Source: Eledone cirrhosa (lineage: Eukaryota). From it: a DNA stretch of 64,000 bases. The DNA lies in contig OZ024742.1 of NCBI GenBank assembly GCA_964016885.1, positions 165,354,001 to 165,418,000 of the forward strand, read 5' to 3'. Both the position numbers and the translations under genes were made by a program. Shown one piece after another: positions 23,901 through 38,500 of the stretch. The notes beneath the pieces were generated by a model. It was not told where the DNA came from, did no database searches, and saw only the letters and a program-made list of their open reading frames with translations. Position 1 is the first letter of the stretch. Each line of letters opens with the position of its first letter.

Positions 23901-26900
23901 GATTTTTTTTACAAATTATCTCCGCCTGATTTTTTTAAATATTATCTTCCCTTGGCTGGCTGGAAATTATCTCCCCTTGGAGGCTGGAATTTATCTCCCC
24001 TTGGACGGCTAGAAATTACCTCTCCTTGGACGGCTGGAAAATATTTCTCCTTGGACGGCTGGATATTATCTACCCTTGGACGGGTGGAAATTATCTCCCC
24101 TTGGACGGCTGGAAATTATCTCCCCTTGGACGGCTAGATATTACCTCCCCTTGGACGACTGGAAATTATCTCCCCTTGATTTTTTTTACAAATTATCTCC
24201 CCCTGATTTTTTTTTTACAAATTATCTCCCCCTGATTTTTTTACAAATTATCTCCCCCTGATTTTTTTTACAAATTATCTCCGCCTGATTTTTTTAAATA
24301 TTATCTTCTCTTGGCTGGCGGGAAATTATCTCCCCTTGGACGGCTGAAAATTATCTCCCCTTGGACGGCTGGAAATTATCTCCCCTTGATTTTTTTTACA
24401 AATTATCTCCCCCTGATTTTTTTTAAAAAATTATCTCCCCCTGATTTTTTTTTACAAATTATCTCCCCCTGATTTTTTTTTACAAATTATCTCCCCCTGA
24501 TTTTTTTTACAAATTATCTCCCCCTGATTTTTTTACAAATTATCTCCCCTTGGCTGGCTGGAAATTATCTCCCCTTGGACACTGTAAATTATAGCCCCTT
24601 GGAGGGCTGGAAATTATCTTACCTTGGACGGCTGGAAATTATCTCTGCTTGATTTTTTTTACAAATTATCTCCCCCTGATTTTTTTTTACAAATTATCCC
24701 CCCCGATTTTTTTTACAAATTATCTCCCCCTGATTTTTTTTACAAATTATCTCCCCTTGGACGGCTGGAAATTATCTCCCCTTGGACGGCTGGAAATTAT
24801 CTCTCCTTGGACGGCTAGAAATTACCTCTCCTTGGACGACTGAAAATTATCTCCCCTTGGACGGCTGCAAATTATCTCCCCTTGATTTCTTTTACAAATT
24901 ATCTCCGCCTGATTTTTTTTTTAAAATTATCTCCCCTTGGACGGCTGGAAATTACCTCCCCTTGGACGGCTGGAAATTATCTCCCCTTGGACGGCTAGAA
25001 ATTACCTCTCATTGGACGGCTGAAAATTATCTCCCCTTGGACGGCTGGAAATTATCTCCCCTTGATTTTTTTTACAAATTATCTCCCCCTGATTTTTTTT
25101 TTACAAATTATCTCCGCCTGATTTTTTTTTAAAATTATCTCTCCTTGGACGGCTGGATATTATCTCCCCTTTCATTTTTTTTACAAATTATCTCCCCCTG
25201 ATTTTTTTTTACAAATTATCTCCCCCTGATTTTTTTTTACAAATTATCTACCCCTAATTTTTTTTTACAAATTATCTCCCCCTGATTTTTTTTACAAATT
25301 ATCTCCCCCTGATTTTTTTTTTACAAATTATCTCCCCCTGATTTTTTTACAAATTATCTCCCCCTGATTTTTTTTACAAATTATCTCCGCCTGATTTTTT
25401 TAAATATTATCTTCTCTTGGCTGGCGGGAAATTATCTCCCCTTGGACGGCTGAAAATTATCTCCCCTTGGACGGCTGGAAATTATCTCCCCTTGATTTTT
25501 TTTACAAATTATCTCCCCCTGATTTTTTTTTACAAATTATCTCCCCCTGATTTTTTTTTACAAATTATCTCCTCCTGATTTTTTTTTACAAATTATCTCC
25601 CCCTGATTTTTTTTACAAATTATCTCCCCCTGATTTTTTTACAAATTATCTCCCCTTGGCTGGCTGGAAATTATCTCCCCTTGGAGGCTGGAATTTATCT
25701 CCCCTTGGACGGCTAGAAATTACCTCTCCTTGGACGGCTGGAAAATATGTCCTTGGACGGCTGGATATTATCTACCCTTGGACGGCTGGAAATTATCTCC
25801 CCTTGGACGGCTGGAAATTATCTCCCCTTGGACGGCTAGATATTACCTCCCCTTGGACGGCTGGAAATTATCTCCCCTTGATTTTTTTTACAAATTATCT
25901 CCCCCTGATTTTTTTTTACAAATTATCTCCCCCTGATTTTTTTTTACAAATTATCTCCGCCTGATTTTTTTTTACAAATTATCTCCCCCTAATTTTTTTT
26001 ACAAATTATCTCTCCCTGATCTTTTTTTACAAATTATCTCCCCCTGATTTTTTTTTACCAATTATCTACCCCTGATTTTTTTTTACAAATTATCTCCCCC
26101 TTATTTTTTTTACAAATTATCTCCCCCTGATTTTTTTTACAAATTATCTCCCCCTGATTTTTTTACAAATTATCTCCCCCCGATTTTTTTTACAAATTAT
26201 ATCCGCCTAATTTTTTAAATATTATCTATCCTTGGCTGGCGGGAAATTATCTCCCCTTGGACGGCTGAAAATTTTCTCCCCTTGGACGGCTGGAAATTAT
26301 CTCCCCTTGATTTTTTTACAAATTATCTCCCCCTGATTATTTTTTACAAATTATCTCCCCCTGATTTTTTTTTACAAATTATCTCCCTCTGATTTTTTTT
26401 ACAAATTATCTCCCCTTGGCTGGCTGGAAATTATCTCCCCTTGGAGGCTGGAATTTATCTCCCCTTGGACGGTTAGAAATTACCTCTCCTTGGACTGCTG
26501 GAAAATATGTCTCCTTGGACGGCTGGAAATTATCTCCCCTTGGACGGCTGGAAATTATCTCCCCTTGGACGGCTGGAAATTATCTCTCCTCGGACGACTA
26601 GAAATTACCTCTCCTTGGACAGCTGAAAATTATCTCCCCTTGGACGGCTGGAAATTATCTCCCCCTGATTTTTTTTATACAAATTATCTCCCCCTGATTT
26701 TTTTTACAAATTATCTCCCCCTGATTTTTTTTTACAAATTATTTCCCCCTGATTTTTTTACAAATTATCTCCCCCCTGATTTTTTTTACAATCTCCGCCT
26801 GATTTTTTTAAAAATTATCTTCCCTTGGCTGGCGGGAAATTATCTCCCCTTGGACGGCTGGAAATTATATCCCCTTGGAAGGATGGAAATTATCTCCCCT

Positions 26901-29900
26901 TGGACGGCTGGAAATTATCTCCCCTTGGACGGCTGGAAATTATCTCCCCTTGGACAGCTGGAAATTATCTGTCCTTGATTTTGTTTTTACAAATTATCTC
27001 CCCCTGATTTTTTTTACAAATTATCTCCACCTGATTTTTTAAAAAATTATCTCCCCTTGGACGGCTGGAAATTATCTCCCCTTGATTTTTTTTACAAATT
27101 ATCTCCCCCTGATTTTTTTTACAAATTATCTCCCCCTGATTTTTTTTTACAAATTATCTCCCCCTGATTTTTTTTTACAAATTATCTCCCCCTGATATTT
27201 TTTACAAATTATCTCCCCCTGATTTTTTTACAAATTATCTCCCCTTGGCTGGCTGGAAATTATCTCCCCTTGGAGGCTGGAATTTATCTCCCCTTGGACG
27301 GCTAGAAATTACCTCGCCTTGGACGGCTGGAAAATATGTCTCCTTGGACGGCTGGAAATTATCTCCCCTTGGACGGCTGGAAATTATCTCCCCTTGGACA
27401 GCTGGAAATTATCTCCCCTTGGACGGCTAGATATTACCTCCCCTTGGACGGCTGGAAATTATCTCCCCTTGATTTTTTTTACAAATTATCTCCCCCTGAT
27501 TTTTTTTTACAAATTATCTCCCCCTGATTTTTTTTACGAATTATCTCCCCCCGATTTTTTTTTACAAATTATCTCCGCCTGATTTTTTTTTAAAAATTAT
27601 CTCCCCTTGAACGGCTGGAAATTATCTCCCCTTGGACGGCTGGAAATTATCTCCCCTTGGACGGCTAGAAATTACCTCTCCTTGGACGGCTGAAAATTAT
27701 CTCCCCTTGGACGGCTGCAAATTATCTCCCCTTGATTTTTTAACAAATTATCTCCCCCTGATTTTTTTTTACAAATTATCTCCCCCTGATTTTTTTTTAC
27801 AAATTATCTCCCCCTGATTTTTTTTTACAAATTATCTCCCCCTGATTTTTTTACAAATTATCTCCCCCTGATTTTTTTTACAATCTCCGCCTGATTTTTT
27901 AAAAAATTATCTTCCCTTGGCTGGCGGGAAATTATCTCCCCTTGGACGGCTGGAAATTATCTCCCCTTGGACGGCTGGAAATTATCTCCCCTTGGACAGC
28001 TGGAAATTATCTGCCCTTGATTTTGTTTTTACAAATTATCTCCCCCTGATTTTTTTTTACAAATTATCTCCCCCTGATTTTTTTTTTACAAATTATCTCC
28101 GCCTGATTTTTTTTTAAAATTATCTCTCCTTGGACGGCTGGATATTATCTCCCCTTTCATTTTTTTACAAATTATCTCCCCCTGATTTTTTTTTACAAAT
28201 TATCTCCCCCTGATTTTTTTTTTACAAATTATCTACCCCTAATTTTTTTTTACAAATTATCTCCCCCTGATTTTTTTTACAAATTATCTCCCCCTGATTT
28301 TTTTTTTACAAATTATCTCCCCCTGATTTTTTTACAAATTATCTCCCCCTGATTTTTTTTACAAATTATCTCCGCCTGATTTTTTTAAATATTATCTTCT
28401 CTTGGCTGGCGGGAAATTATCTCCCCTTGGACGGCTGAAAATTATCTCCCCTTGGACGGCTGGAAATTATCTCCCCTTGATTTTTTTTACAAATTATCTC
28501 CCCCTGATTTTTTTTTACAAATTATCTCCCCCTGATTTTTTTTACAAATTATCTCCCCCTGATTTTTTTTTACAAATTATCTCCCCCTGATTTTTTTTAC
28601 AAATTATCTCCCCCTGATTTTTTTACAAATTATCTCCCCTTGGCTGGCTGGAAATTATCTCCCCTTGGAGGCTGGAATTTATCTCCCCTTGGACGGCTAG
28701 AAATTACCTCTCCTTGGACGGCTGGAAAATATGTCCTTGGACGGCTGGATATTATCTACCCTTGGACGGCTGGAAATTATCTCCCCTTGGACGGCTGGAA
28801 ATTATCTCCCCTTGGACGGCTAGATATTACCTCCCCTTGGACGGCTGGAAATTATCTCCCCTTGATTTTTTTTACAAATTATCCCCCCCTGATTTTTTTT
28901 TACAAATTATCTCCCCCTGATTTTTTTTTACAAATTATCTACCCCTGATTTTTTTTTACAAATTATCTCCCCCTAATTTTTTTTACAAATTATCTCTCCC
29001 TGATTTTTTTTTACAAATTATCTCCCCCTGATTTTTTTTTTAAAATTATCTACCCCTGATTTTTTTTTACAAATTATCTCCCCCTGATTTTTTTTACAAA
29101 TTATCTCCCCCTGATTTTTTTTACAAATTATCTCCCCCTGATTTTTTTACAAATTATCTCCCCCCGATTTTTTTTACAAATTATCTCCGCCTAATTTTTT
29201 TAAATATTATCTTCCCTTGGCTGGCGGGAAATTATCTCCCCTTGGACGGCTGAAAATTATCTCCCCTTGGACGGCTGGAAATTATCTCCCCTTGATTTTT
29301 TTACAAATTATCTCCCCCTGATTATTTTTTACAAATTATCTCCCCCTGATTTTTTTTTACAAATTATCTCCCTCTGATTTTTTTTACAAATTATCTCCCC
29401 TTGGCTGGCTGGAAATTATCTCCCCTTGGAGGCTGGAATTTATCTCCACTTGGACGGTTAGAAATTACCTCTCCTTGGACTGCTGGAAAATATGTCTCCT
29501 TGGACGGCTGGAAATTATCTCCCCTTGGACGGCTGGAAATTATCTTCCCTTGGACGGCTGGAAATTATCTCTCCTCGGACGACTAGAAATTACCTCTCCT
29601 TGGACAGCTGAAAATTATCTCCCCTTGGACGGCTGGAAATTATCTCCCCTTGATTTTTTTTACAAATTATCTCCCCCCGATTTTTTTTTACAAATTATCT
29701 CCCCCTGATTTTTTTTTACAAATTATCTCCCCCTGATTTTTTTTACAAATTATCTCCCCCTGATATTTTTTACAAATTATCTCCCCCTGATTTTTTTACA
29801 AATTATCTCCCCTTGGCTGGCTGGAAATTATCTCCCCTTGGAGGCTGGAATTTATCTCCCCTTGGACGGCTAGAAATTACCTCGCCTTGGACGGCTGGAA

Positions 29901-32900
29901 AATATGTCTCCTTGGACGGCTGGAAATTATCTCCCCTTGGACGGCTGCAAATTATCTCCCCTTGATTTTTTAACAAATTATCTCCCCCTGATTTTTTTTT
30001 ACAAATTATCTCCCCCTGATTTTTTTTTACAAATTATCTACGCCTAATTTTTTTTACAAATTATCTCCCCCTGATTTTTTTTTACAAATTATCTCCCCCT
30101 GATTTTTTTTACAAATTATCTCCCCCTGATTTTTTTTTACAAATTATTTCCCCCTGATTTTTTTACAAATTATCTCCCCCCTGATTTTTTTTACAATCTC
30201 CGCCTGATTTTTTTAAAAATTATCTTGCCTTGGCTGGCGGGAAATTATCTCCCCTTGGACGGCTGGAAATTATATCCCCTTGGACGGCTGGAAATTACCT
30301 CCTCTTGGACAGCTGGAAATTATCTGCCCTTGATTTTGTTTTTACAAATTATCTCCCCCTGATTTTTTTTACAAATTATCTCCACCTGATTTTTTAAAAA
30401 ATTATCTCCCCTTGGACAGCTGGAAATTATCTCCCCTTGATTTTTTTACAAATTATCTCCCCCTGATTTTTTTTACAAATTATCTCCCCCTGATTTTTTT
30501 TTACAAATTATCTCCCCCTGATTTTTTTACAAATTATCTCCCCCTGATTTTTTTTACAAATTATCTCCGCCTGATTTTTTTAAATATTATCTTCCCTTGG
30601 CTGGCGGGAAATTATCTCCCCTTGGACGGCTGATAATTATCTCCCCTTGGACGGCTGGAAATTATCTCCCCTTGATTTTTTTTACAAATTATCTCCCCCT
30701 GATTTTTTTTTACAAATTATCTCCCCCTGATTTTTTTTACAAATTATCTCCGCCTGATTTTTTTAAATATTATCTTCCCTTGGCTGGCTGGAAATTATCT
30801 CCCCTTGGAGGCTGGAATTTATCTCCCCTTGGACGGCTAGAAATTACCTCTCCTTGGACGGCTGGAAAATATTTCTCCTTGGACGGCTGGATATTATCTA
30901 CCCTTGGACGGGTGGAAATTATCTCCCCTTGGACGGCTGGAAATTATCTCCCCTTGGACGGCTAGATATTACCTCCCCTTGGACGACTGGAAATTATCTC
31001 CCCTTGATTTTTTTTACAAATTATCTCCCCCTGATTTTTTTTTTACAAATTATCTCCCCCTGATTTTTTTACAAATTATCTCCCCCTGATTTTTTTTACA
31101 AATTATCTCCGCCTGATTTTTTTAAATATTATCTTCTCTTGGCTGGCGGGAAATTATCTCCCCTTGGACGGCTGAAAATTATCACCCCTTGGACGGCTGG
31201 AAATTATCTCCCCTTGATTTTTTTTACAAATTATCTCCCCCTGATTTTTTTTAAAAAATTATCTCCCCCTGATTTTTTTTTACAAATTATCTCCCCCTGA
31301 TTTTTTTTTACAAATTATCTCCCCCTGATTTTTTTTACAAATTATCTCCCCCTGATTTTTTTACAAATTATCTCCCCTTGGCTGGCTGGAAATTATCTCC
31401 CCTTGGACACTGTAAATTATAGCCCCTTGGAGGGCTGGAAATTATCTTACCTTGGACGGCTGGAAATTATCTCTGCTTGATTTTTTTTACAAATTATCTC
31501 CCCCTGATTTTTTTTTACAAATTATCCCCCCCGATTTTTTTTACAAATTATCTCCCCCTGATTTTTTTTACAAATTATCTCCCCTTGGACGGCTGGAAAT
31601 TATCTCCCCTTGGACGGCTGGAAATTATCTCTCCTTGGACGGCTAGAAATTACCTCTCCTTGGACGACTGAAAATTATCTCCCCTTGGACGGCTGCAAAT
31701 TATCTCCCCTTGATTTCTTTTACAAATTATCTCCGCCTGATTTTTTTTTTAAAATTATCTCCCCTTGGACGGCTGGAAATTACCTCCCCTTGGACGGCTG
31801 GAAATTATCTCCCCTTGGACGGCTAGAAATTACCTCTCATTGGACGGCTGAAAATTATCTCCCCTTGGACGGCTGGAAATTATCTCCCCTTGATTTTTTT
31901 TACAAATTATCTCCCCCTGATTTTTTTTTTACAAATTATCTCCGCCTGATTTTTTTTTAAAATTATCTCTCCTTGGACGGCTGGATATTATCTCCCCTTT
32001 CATTTTTTTTACAAATTATCTCCCCCTGATTTTTTTTTACAAATTATCTCCCCCTGATTTTTTTTTACAAATTATCTACCCCTAATTTTTTTTTACAAAT
32101 TATCTCCCCCTGATTTTTTTTACAAATTATCTCCCCCTGATTTTTTTTTTACAAATTATCTCCCCCTGATTTTTTTACAAATTATCTCCCCCTGATTTTT
32201 TTTACAAATTATCTCCGCCTGATTTTTTTAAATATTATCTTCTCTTGGCTGGCGGGAAATTATCTCCCCTTGGACGGCTGAAAATTATCTCCCCTTGGAC
32301 GGCTGGAAATTATCTCCCCTTGATTTTTTTTACAAATTATCTCCCCCTGATTTTTTTTTACAAATTATCTCCCCCTGATTTTTTTTTACAAATTATCTCC
32401 CCCTGATTTTTTTTTACAAATTATCTCCCCCTGATTTTTTTTACAAATTATCTCCCCCTGATTTTTTTACAAATTATCTCCCCTTGGCTGGCTGGAAATT
32501 ATCTCCCCTTGGAGGCTGGAATTTATCTCCCCTTGGACGGCTAGAAATTACCTCTCCTTGGACGGCTGGAAAATATGTCCTTGGACGGCTGGATATTATC
32601 TACCCTTGGACGGCTGGAAATTATCTCCCCTTGGACGGCTGGAAATTATCTCCCCTTGGACGGCTAGATATTACCTCCCCTTGGACGGCTGGAAATTATC
32701 TCCCCTTGATTTTTTTTACAAATTATCTCCCCCTGATTTTTTTTTACAAATTATCTCCCCCTGATTTTTTTTTACAAATTATCTCCGCCTGATTTTTTTT
32801 TACAAATTATCTCCCCCTAATTTTTTTTACAAATTATCTCTCCCTGATCTTTTTTTACAAATTATCTCCCCCTGATTTTTTTTTACCAATTATCTACCCC

Positions 32901-35568
32901 TGATTTTTTTTTACAAATTATCTCCCCCTTATTTTTTTTACAAATTATCTCCCCCTGATTTTTTTTACAAATTATCTCCCCCTGATTTTTTTACAAATTA
33001 TCTCCCCCCGATTTTTTTTACAAATTATATCCGCCTAATTTTTTAAATATTATCTATCCTTGGCTGGCGGGAAATTATCTCCCCTTGGACGGCTGAAAAT
33101 TTTCTCCCCTTGGACGGCTGGAAATTATCTCCCCTTGATTTTTTTACAAATTATCTCCCCCTGATTATTTTTTACAAATTATCTCCCCCTGATTTTTTTT
33201 TACAAATTATCTCCCTCTGATTTTTTTTACAAATTATCTCCCCTTGGCTGGCTGGAAATTATCTCCCCTTGGAGGCTGGAATTTATCTCCCCTTGGACGG
33301 TTAGAAATTACCTCTCCTTGGACTGCTGGAAAATATGTCTCCTTGGACGGCTGGAAATTATCTCCCCTTGGACGGCTGGAAATTATCTCCCCTTGGACGG
33401 CTGGAAATTATCTCTCCTCGGACGACTAGAAATTACCTCTCCTTGGACAGCTGAAAATTATCTCCCCTTGGACGGCTGGAAATTATCTCCCCTTGATTTT
33501 TTTTACAAATTATCTCCCCCTGATTTATTTTACAAATTATCTCCCCCTGATTTTTTTTTACAAATTATCTCCCCCTGATTTTTTTTACAAATTATCTCCC
33601 CCTGATATTTTTTACAAATTATCTCCCCCTGATTTTTTTACAAATTATCTCCCCTTGGCTGGCTGGAAATTATCTACCCTTGGAGGCTGGAATTTATCTC
33701 CCCTTGGACGGCTAGAAATTACCTCGCCTTGGACGGCTGGAAAATATGTCTCCTTGGACGGCTGGAAATTATCTCCCCTTGGACGGCTGGAAATTATCTC
33801 CCCTTGGACGGCTGGAAATTATCTCCCCTTGGACGGCTAGATATTACCTCCCCTTGGACGGCTGGAAATTATCTCCCCTTGATTTTTTTTACAAATTATC
33901 TCCCCCTGATTTTTTTTTACAAATTATCTCCCCCTGATTTTTTTTTACGAAGTATCTCCCCCTGATTTTTTTTTACAAATTATCTCCGCCTGATTTTTTT
34001 TAAAAAATTATCTCCCCTTGAACGGCTGGAAATTATCTCCCCTTGGACGGCTGGAAATTATCTCCCCTTGGACGGCTAGAAATTACCTCTCCTTGGACGG
34101 CTGAAAATTATCTCCCATTGGACGGCTGCAAATTATCTCCCCTTGATTTTTTAACAAATTATCTCCCCCTGATTTTTTTTTACAAATTATCTCCCCCTGA
34201 TTTTTTTTTACAAATTATCTACGCCTAATTTTTTTTACAAATTATCTCCCCCTGATTTTTTTTATACAAATTATCTCCCCCTGATTTTTTTTACAAATTA
34301 TCTCCCCCTGATTTTTTTTTACAAATTATTTCCCCCTGATTTTTTTAAAAATTATCTTCCCTTGGCTGGCGGGAAATTATCTCCCCTTGGACGGCTGGAA
34401 ATTATATCCCCTTGGAAGGATGGAAATTATCTCCCCTTGGACGGCTGGAAATTATCTCCCCTTGGACGGCTGGAAATTATCTCCCCTTGGACAGCTGGAA
34501 ATTATCTGTCCTTGATTTTGTTTTTACAAATTATCTCCCCCTGATTTTTTTTACAAATTATCTCCACCTGATTTTTTAAAAAATTATCTCCCCTTGGACG
34601 GCTGGAAATTATCTCCCCTTGATTTTTTTTACAAATTATCTCCCCCTGATTTTTTTTTACAAATTATCTCCCCCTGATTTTTTTTTACAAATTATCTCCC
34701 CCTGATTTTTTTTTACAAATTATCTCCCCCTGATATTTTTTACAAATTATCTCCCCCTGATTTTTTTACAAATTATCTCCCCTTGGCTGGCTGGAAATTA
34801 TCTCCCCTTGGAGGCTGGAATTTATCTCCCCTTGGACGGCTAGAAATTACCTCGCCTTGGACGGCTGGAAAATATGTCTCCTTGGACGGCTGGAAATTAT
34901 CTCCCCTTGGACGGCTGGAAATTATCTCCCCTTGGACAGCTGGAAATTATCTCCCCTTGGACGGCTAGATATTACCTCCCCTTGGACGGCTGGAAATTAT
35001 CTCCCCTTGATTTTTTTTACAAATTATCTCCCCCTGATTTTTTTTTACAAATTATCTCCCCCTGATTTTTTTTACGAATTATCTCCCCCCGATTTTTTTT
35101 TACAAATTATCTCCGCCTGATTTTTTTTTAAAAATTATCTCCCCTTGAACGGCTGGAAATTATCTCCCCTTGGACGGCTGGAAATTATCTCCCCTTGGAC
35201 GGCTAGAAATTACCTCTCCTTGGACGGCTGAAAATTATCTCCCCTTGGACGGCTGCAAATTATCTCCCCTTGATTTTTTAACAAATTATCTCCCCCTGAT
35301 TTTTTTTTACAAATTATCTCCCCCTGATTTTTTTTTACAAATTATCTCCCCCTGATTTTTTTTTACAAATTATCTCCCCCTGATTTTTTTACAAATTATC
35401 TCCCCCTGATTTTTTTTACAATCTCCGCCTGATTTTTTAAAAAATTATCTTCCCTTGGCTGGCGGGAAATTATCTCCCCTTGGACGGCTGGAAATTATCT
35501 CCCCTTGGACGGCTGGAAATTATCTCCCCTTGGACAGCTGGAAATTATCTGCCCTTGATTTTGTTTTT
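20948..35568 (+). repeat. Degenerate tandem duplication of ~7 kb (about 20948-28030 and 28031-35568) with internal indels
   Basis: Stepwise offsets of 7,082 (21320/28402, 22319/29401), 6,828 (23584/30412, 24624/31452, 26416/33244) and 7,538 (27245/34783, 27632/35170). Shared markers are CCCCTTTCATTTT, GGACTGCTGG, GGCTGATAATT and TTTACCAATT. Confidence 0.85.
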
Positions 35569-38500
35569 ACAAATTATCTCCCCCTGATTTTTTTTACAAA
35601 TTATCTCCACCTGATTTTTTAAAAAATTATCTCCCCTTGGACGGCTGGAAATTATCTCCCCTTGATTTTTTTACAAATTATCTCCCCCTGATTTTTTTTA
35701 CAAATTATCTCCCCCTGATTTTATGTTACAAATTATCTCCCCCTGATTTTTTTACAAATTATCTCCCCCTGATTTTTTTTACAAATTATCTCCGCCTGAT
35801 TTTTTTAAATATTATCTTCCCTTGGCTGGCGGGAAATTATCTCCCCTTGGACGGCTGGAAATTATCTCCCCTTGATTTTTTTTACAAATTATCTCCCCCT
35901 GATTTTTTTTTACAAATTATCTCCCCCTGATTTTTTTTTACAAATTATCTCCCCCTGATTTTTTTTTACAAATTATCTCCCCCTGATTTTTTTTTACAAA
36001 TCTCCCCCTGATTTTTTTATAAATTATCTCCCCTTGGCTGGCTGGAAATTATCTCCCCTTGGAGGCTGGAATTTATCTCCCCTTGGACGGCTAGAAATTA
36101 CCTCTCCTTGGATGGCTGGAAAATATGTCTCCTTGGACGGCTGGATATTATCTACCCTTGGACGGCTGGAAATTATCTCCCCTTGGACGGCTGGAAATTA
36201 TCTCCCCTTGGACGGCTAGATATTACCTCCCATTGGACGGCTGGAAATTATCTCCCCTTGATTTTTTTTACAAATTATCTCCCCCTGATTTTTTTTTACG
36301 AATTATCTCCCCCTGATTTTTTTTTACAAATTATCTCCGCCTGATTTTTTTTTTAAAATTATCTCCCCTTGAACGGCTGGAAATTATCTCCCCTTGGACG
36401 GCTGGAAATTATCTCCCCTTGGACGGCTAGAAATTACCTCTCCTTGGACGGCTGAAAATTATCTCCCCTTGGACGGCTGCAAATTATCTCCCCTTGATTT
36501 TTTTAACAAATTATCTCCCCCTGATTTTTTTTTACAAATTATCTCCCCCTGATTTTTTTTTACAAATTATCTACGCCTAATTTTTTTTACAAATTATCTC
36601 CCCCTGATTTTTTTTTACAAATTATCTCCCCCTGATTTTTTTTACAAATTATCTCCCCCTGATTTTTTTTACAAATTATCTCCCCCTGATTTTTTTACAA
36701 ATTATCTCCCCCCTGATTTTTTTTACAATCTCCGCCTGATTTTTTTAAAAATTATCTTCCCTTGGCTGGCGGGAAATTATCTCCCCTTGGACGGCTGGAA
36801 ATTATATCCCCTTGGAAGGATGGAAATTATCTCCCCTTGGACGGCTGGAAATTATCTCCCCTTGGACAGCTGGAAATTACCTCCCCTTGGACAGCTGGAA
36901 ATTATCTGCCCTTGATTTTGTTTTTACAAATTATCTCCCCCTGATTTTTTTTACAAATTATCTCCACCTGATTTTTTAAAAAATTATCTCCCCTTGGACG
37001 GCTGGAAATTATCTCCCCTTGGACGGCTGGAAATTATCTCCCCTTGATTTTTTTTACAAATTATCTCCCCCTGATTTTTTTTTACAAATTATCTCCCCCT
37101 GATTTTTTTTACAAATTATCTCCCCCTGATTTTTTTTTACAAATTATTTCCCCCTGATTTTTTTACAAATTATCTCCCCCCTGATTTTTTTTACAATCTC
37201 CGCCTGATTTTTTTAAAAATTATCTTCCCTTGGCTGGCGGGAAATTATCTCCCCTTGGACGGCTGGAAATTATATCCCCTTGGAAGGATGGAAATTATCT
37301 CCCCTTGGACGGCTGGAAATTATCTCCCCTTGGACGGCTGGAAATTATCTCCCCTTGGACAGCTGGAAATTATCTGCCCTTGATTTTGTTTTTACAAATT
37401 ATCTCCCCCTGATTTTTTTTACAAATTATCTCCACCTGATTTTTTAAAAAATTATCTCCCCTTGGACGGCTGGAAATTATCTCCCCTTGATTTTTTTTAC
37501 AAATTATCTCCCCCTGATTTTTTTTTACAAATTATCTCCCCCTGATTTTTTTTTACAAATTATCTCCCCCTGATTTTTTTTTACAAATTATCTCACCCTG
37601 ATTTTTTTTACAAATTATCTCTCCCTGATTTTTTTACAAATTATCTCCCCTTGGCTGGCTGGAAATTATCTCCCCTTGGAGGCTGGAATTTATCTCCCCT
37701 TGGACGGCTAGAAATTACCTCTCCTTGGACGGCTGGAAAATATGTCTCCTTGGACGGCTGGATATTATCTACCCTTGGACGGCTGGAAATTATCTCCCCT
37801 TGGACGGCTGGAAATTATCTCCTCTTGGACGGCTAGATATTACCTCCCCTTGGACGGCTGGAAATTATCTCCCCTTGATTTTTTTACAAATTATCTCCCC
37901 CTGATTTTTTTACAAATTATCTCCCCCTGATTTTTTTTACAAATTATCTCCGCCTAATTTTTTTAAATATTATCTTCCCTTGGCTGGCGGGAAATTATCT
38001 CCCCTTGGACGGCTGAAAATTATCTCCCCTTGGACGGCTGGAAATTATCTCCCCTTGATTTTTTTTACAAATTATCTCCCCCTGATTTTTTTTTACAAAT
38101 TATCTCCCCCTGATTTTTTTTACAAATTATCTCCTCCTGATTTTTTTACAAATTATCTCCCCTTGGCTGGCTGGAAATTATCTCCCCTTGGAGGCTGGAA
38201 TTTATCTCCCCTTGGACGGCTAGAAATTACCTCTCCTTGGAAGGCTGGAAAATATGTCCTTGGACGGCTGGATATTATCTACCCTTGGACGGCTGGAAAT
38301 TATCTCCCCTTGGACGGCTGGAAATTATCTCCCCTTGGACGGCTAGATATTACCTCCCCTTGGACGGCTGAAAATTATCTCCCCTTGGACGGCTGGAAAT
38401 TATCTCCCCTTGATTTTTTTTACAAATTATCTCCCCCTGATTATTTTTTACAAATTATCCCCTGATTTTTTTTTTACAAATTATCTCCCCCTGATTTTTT

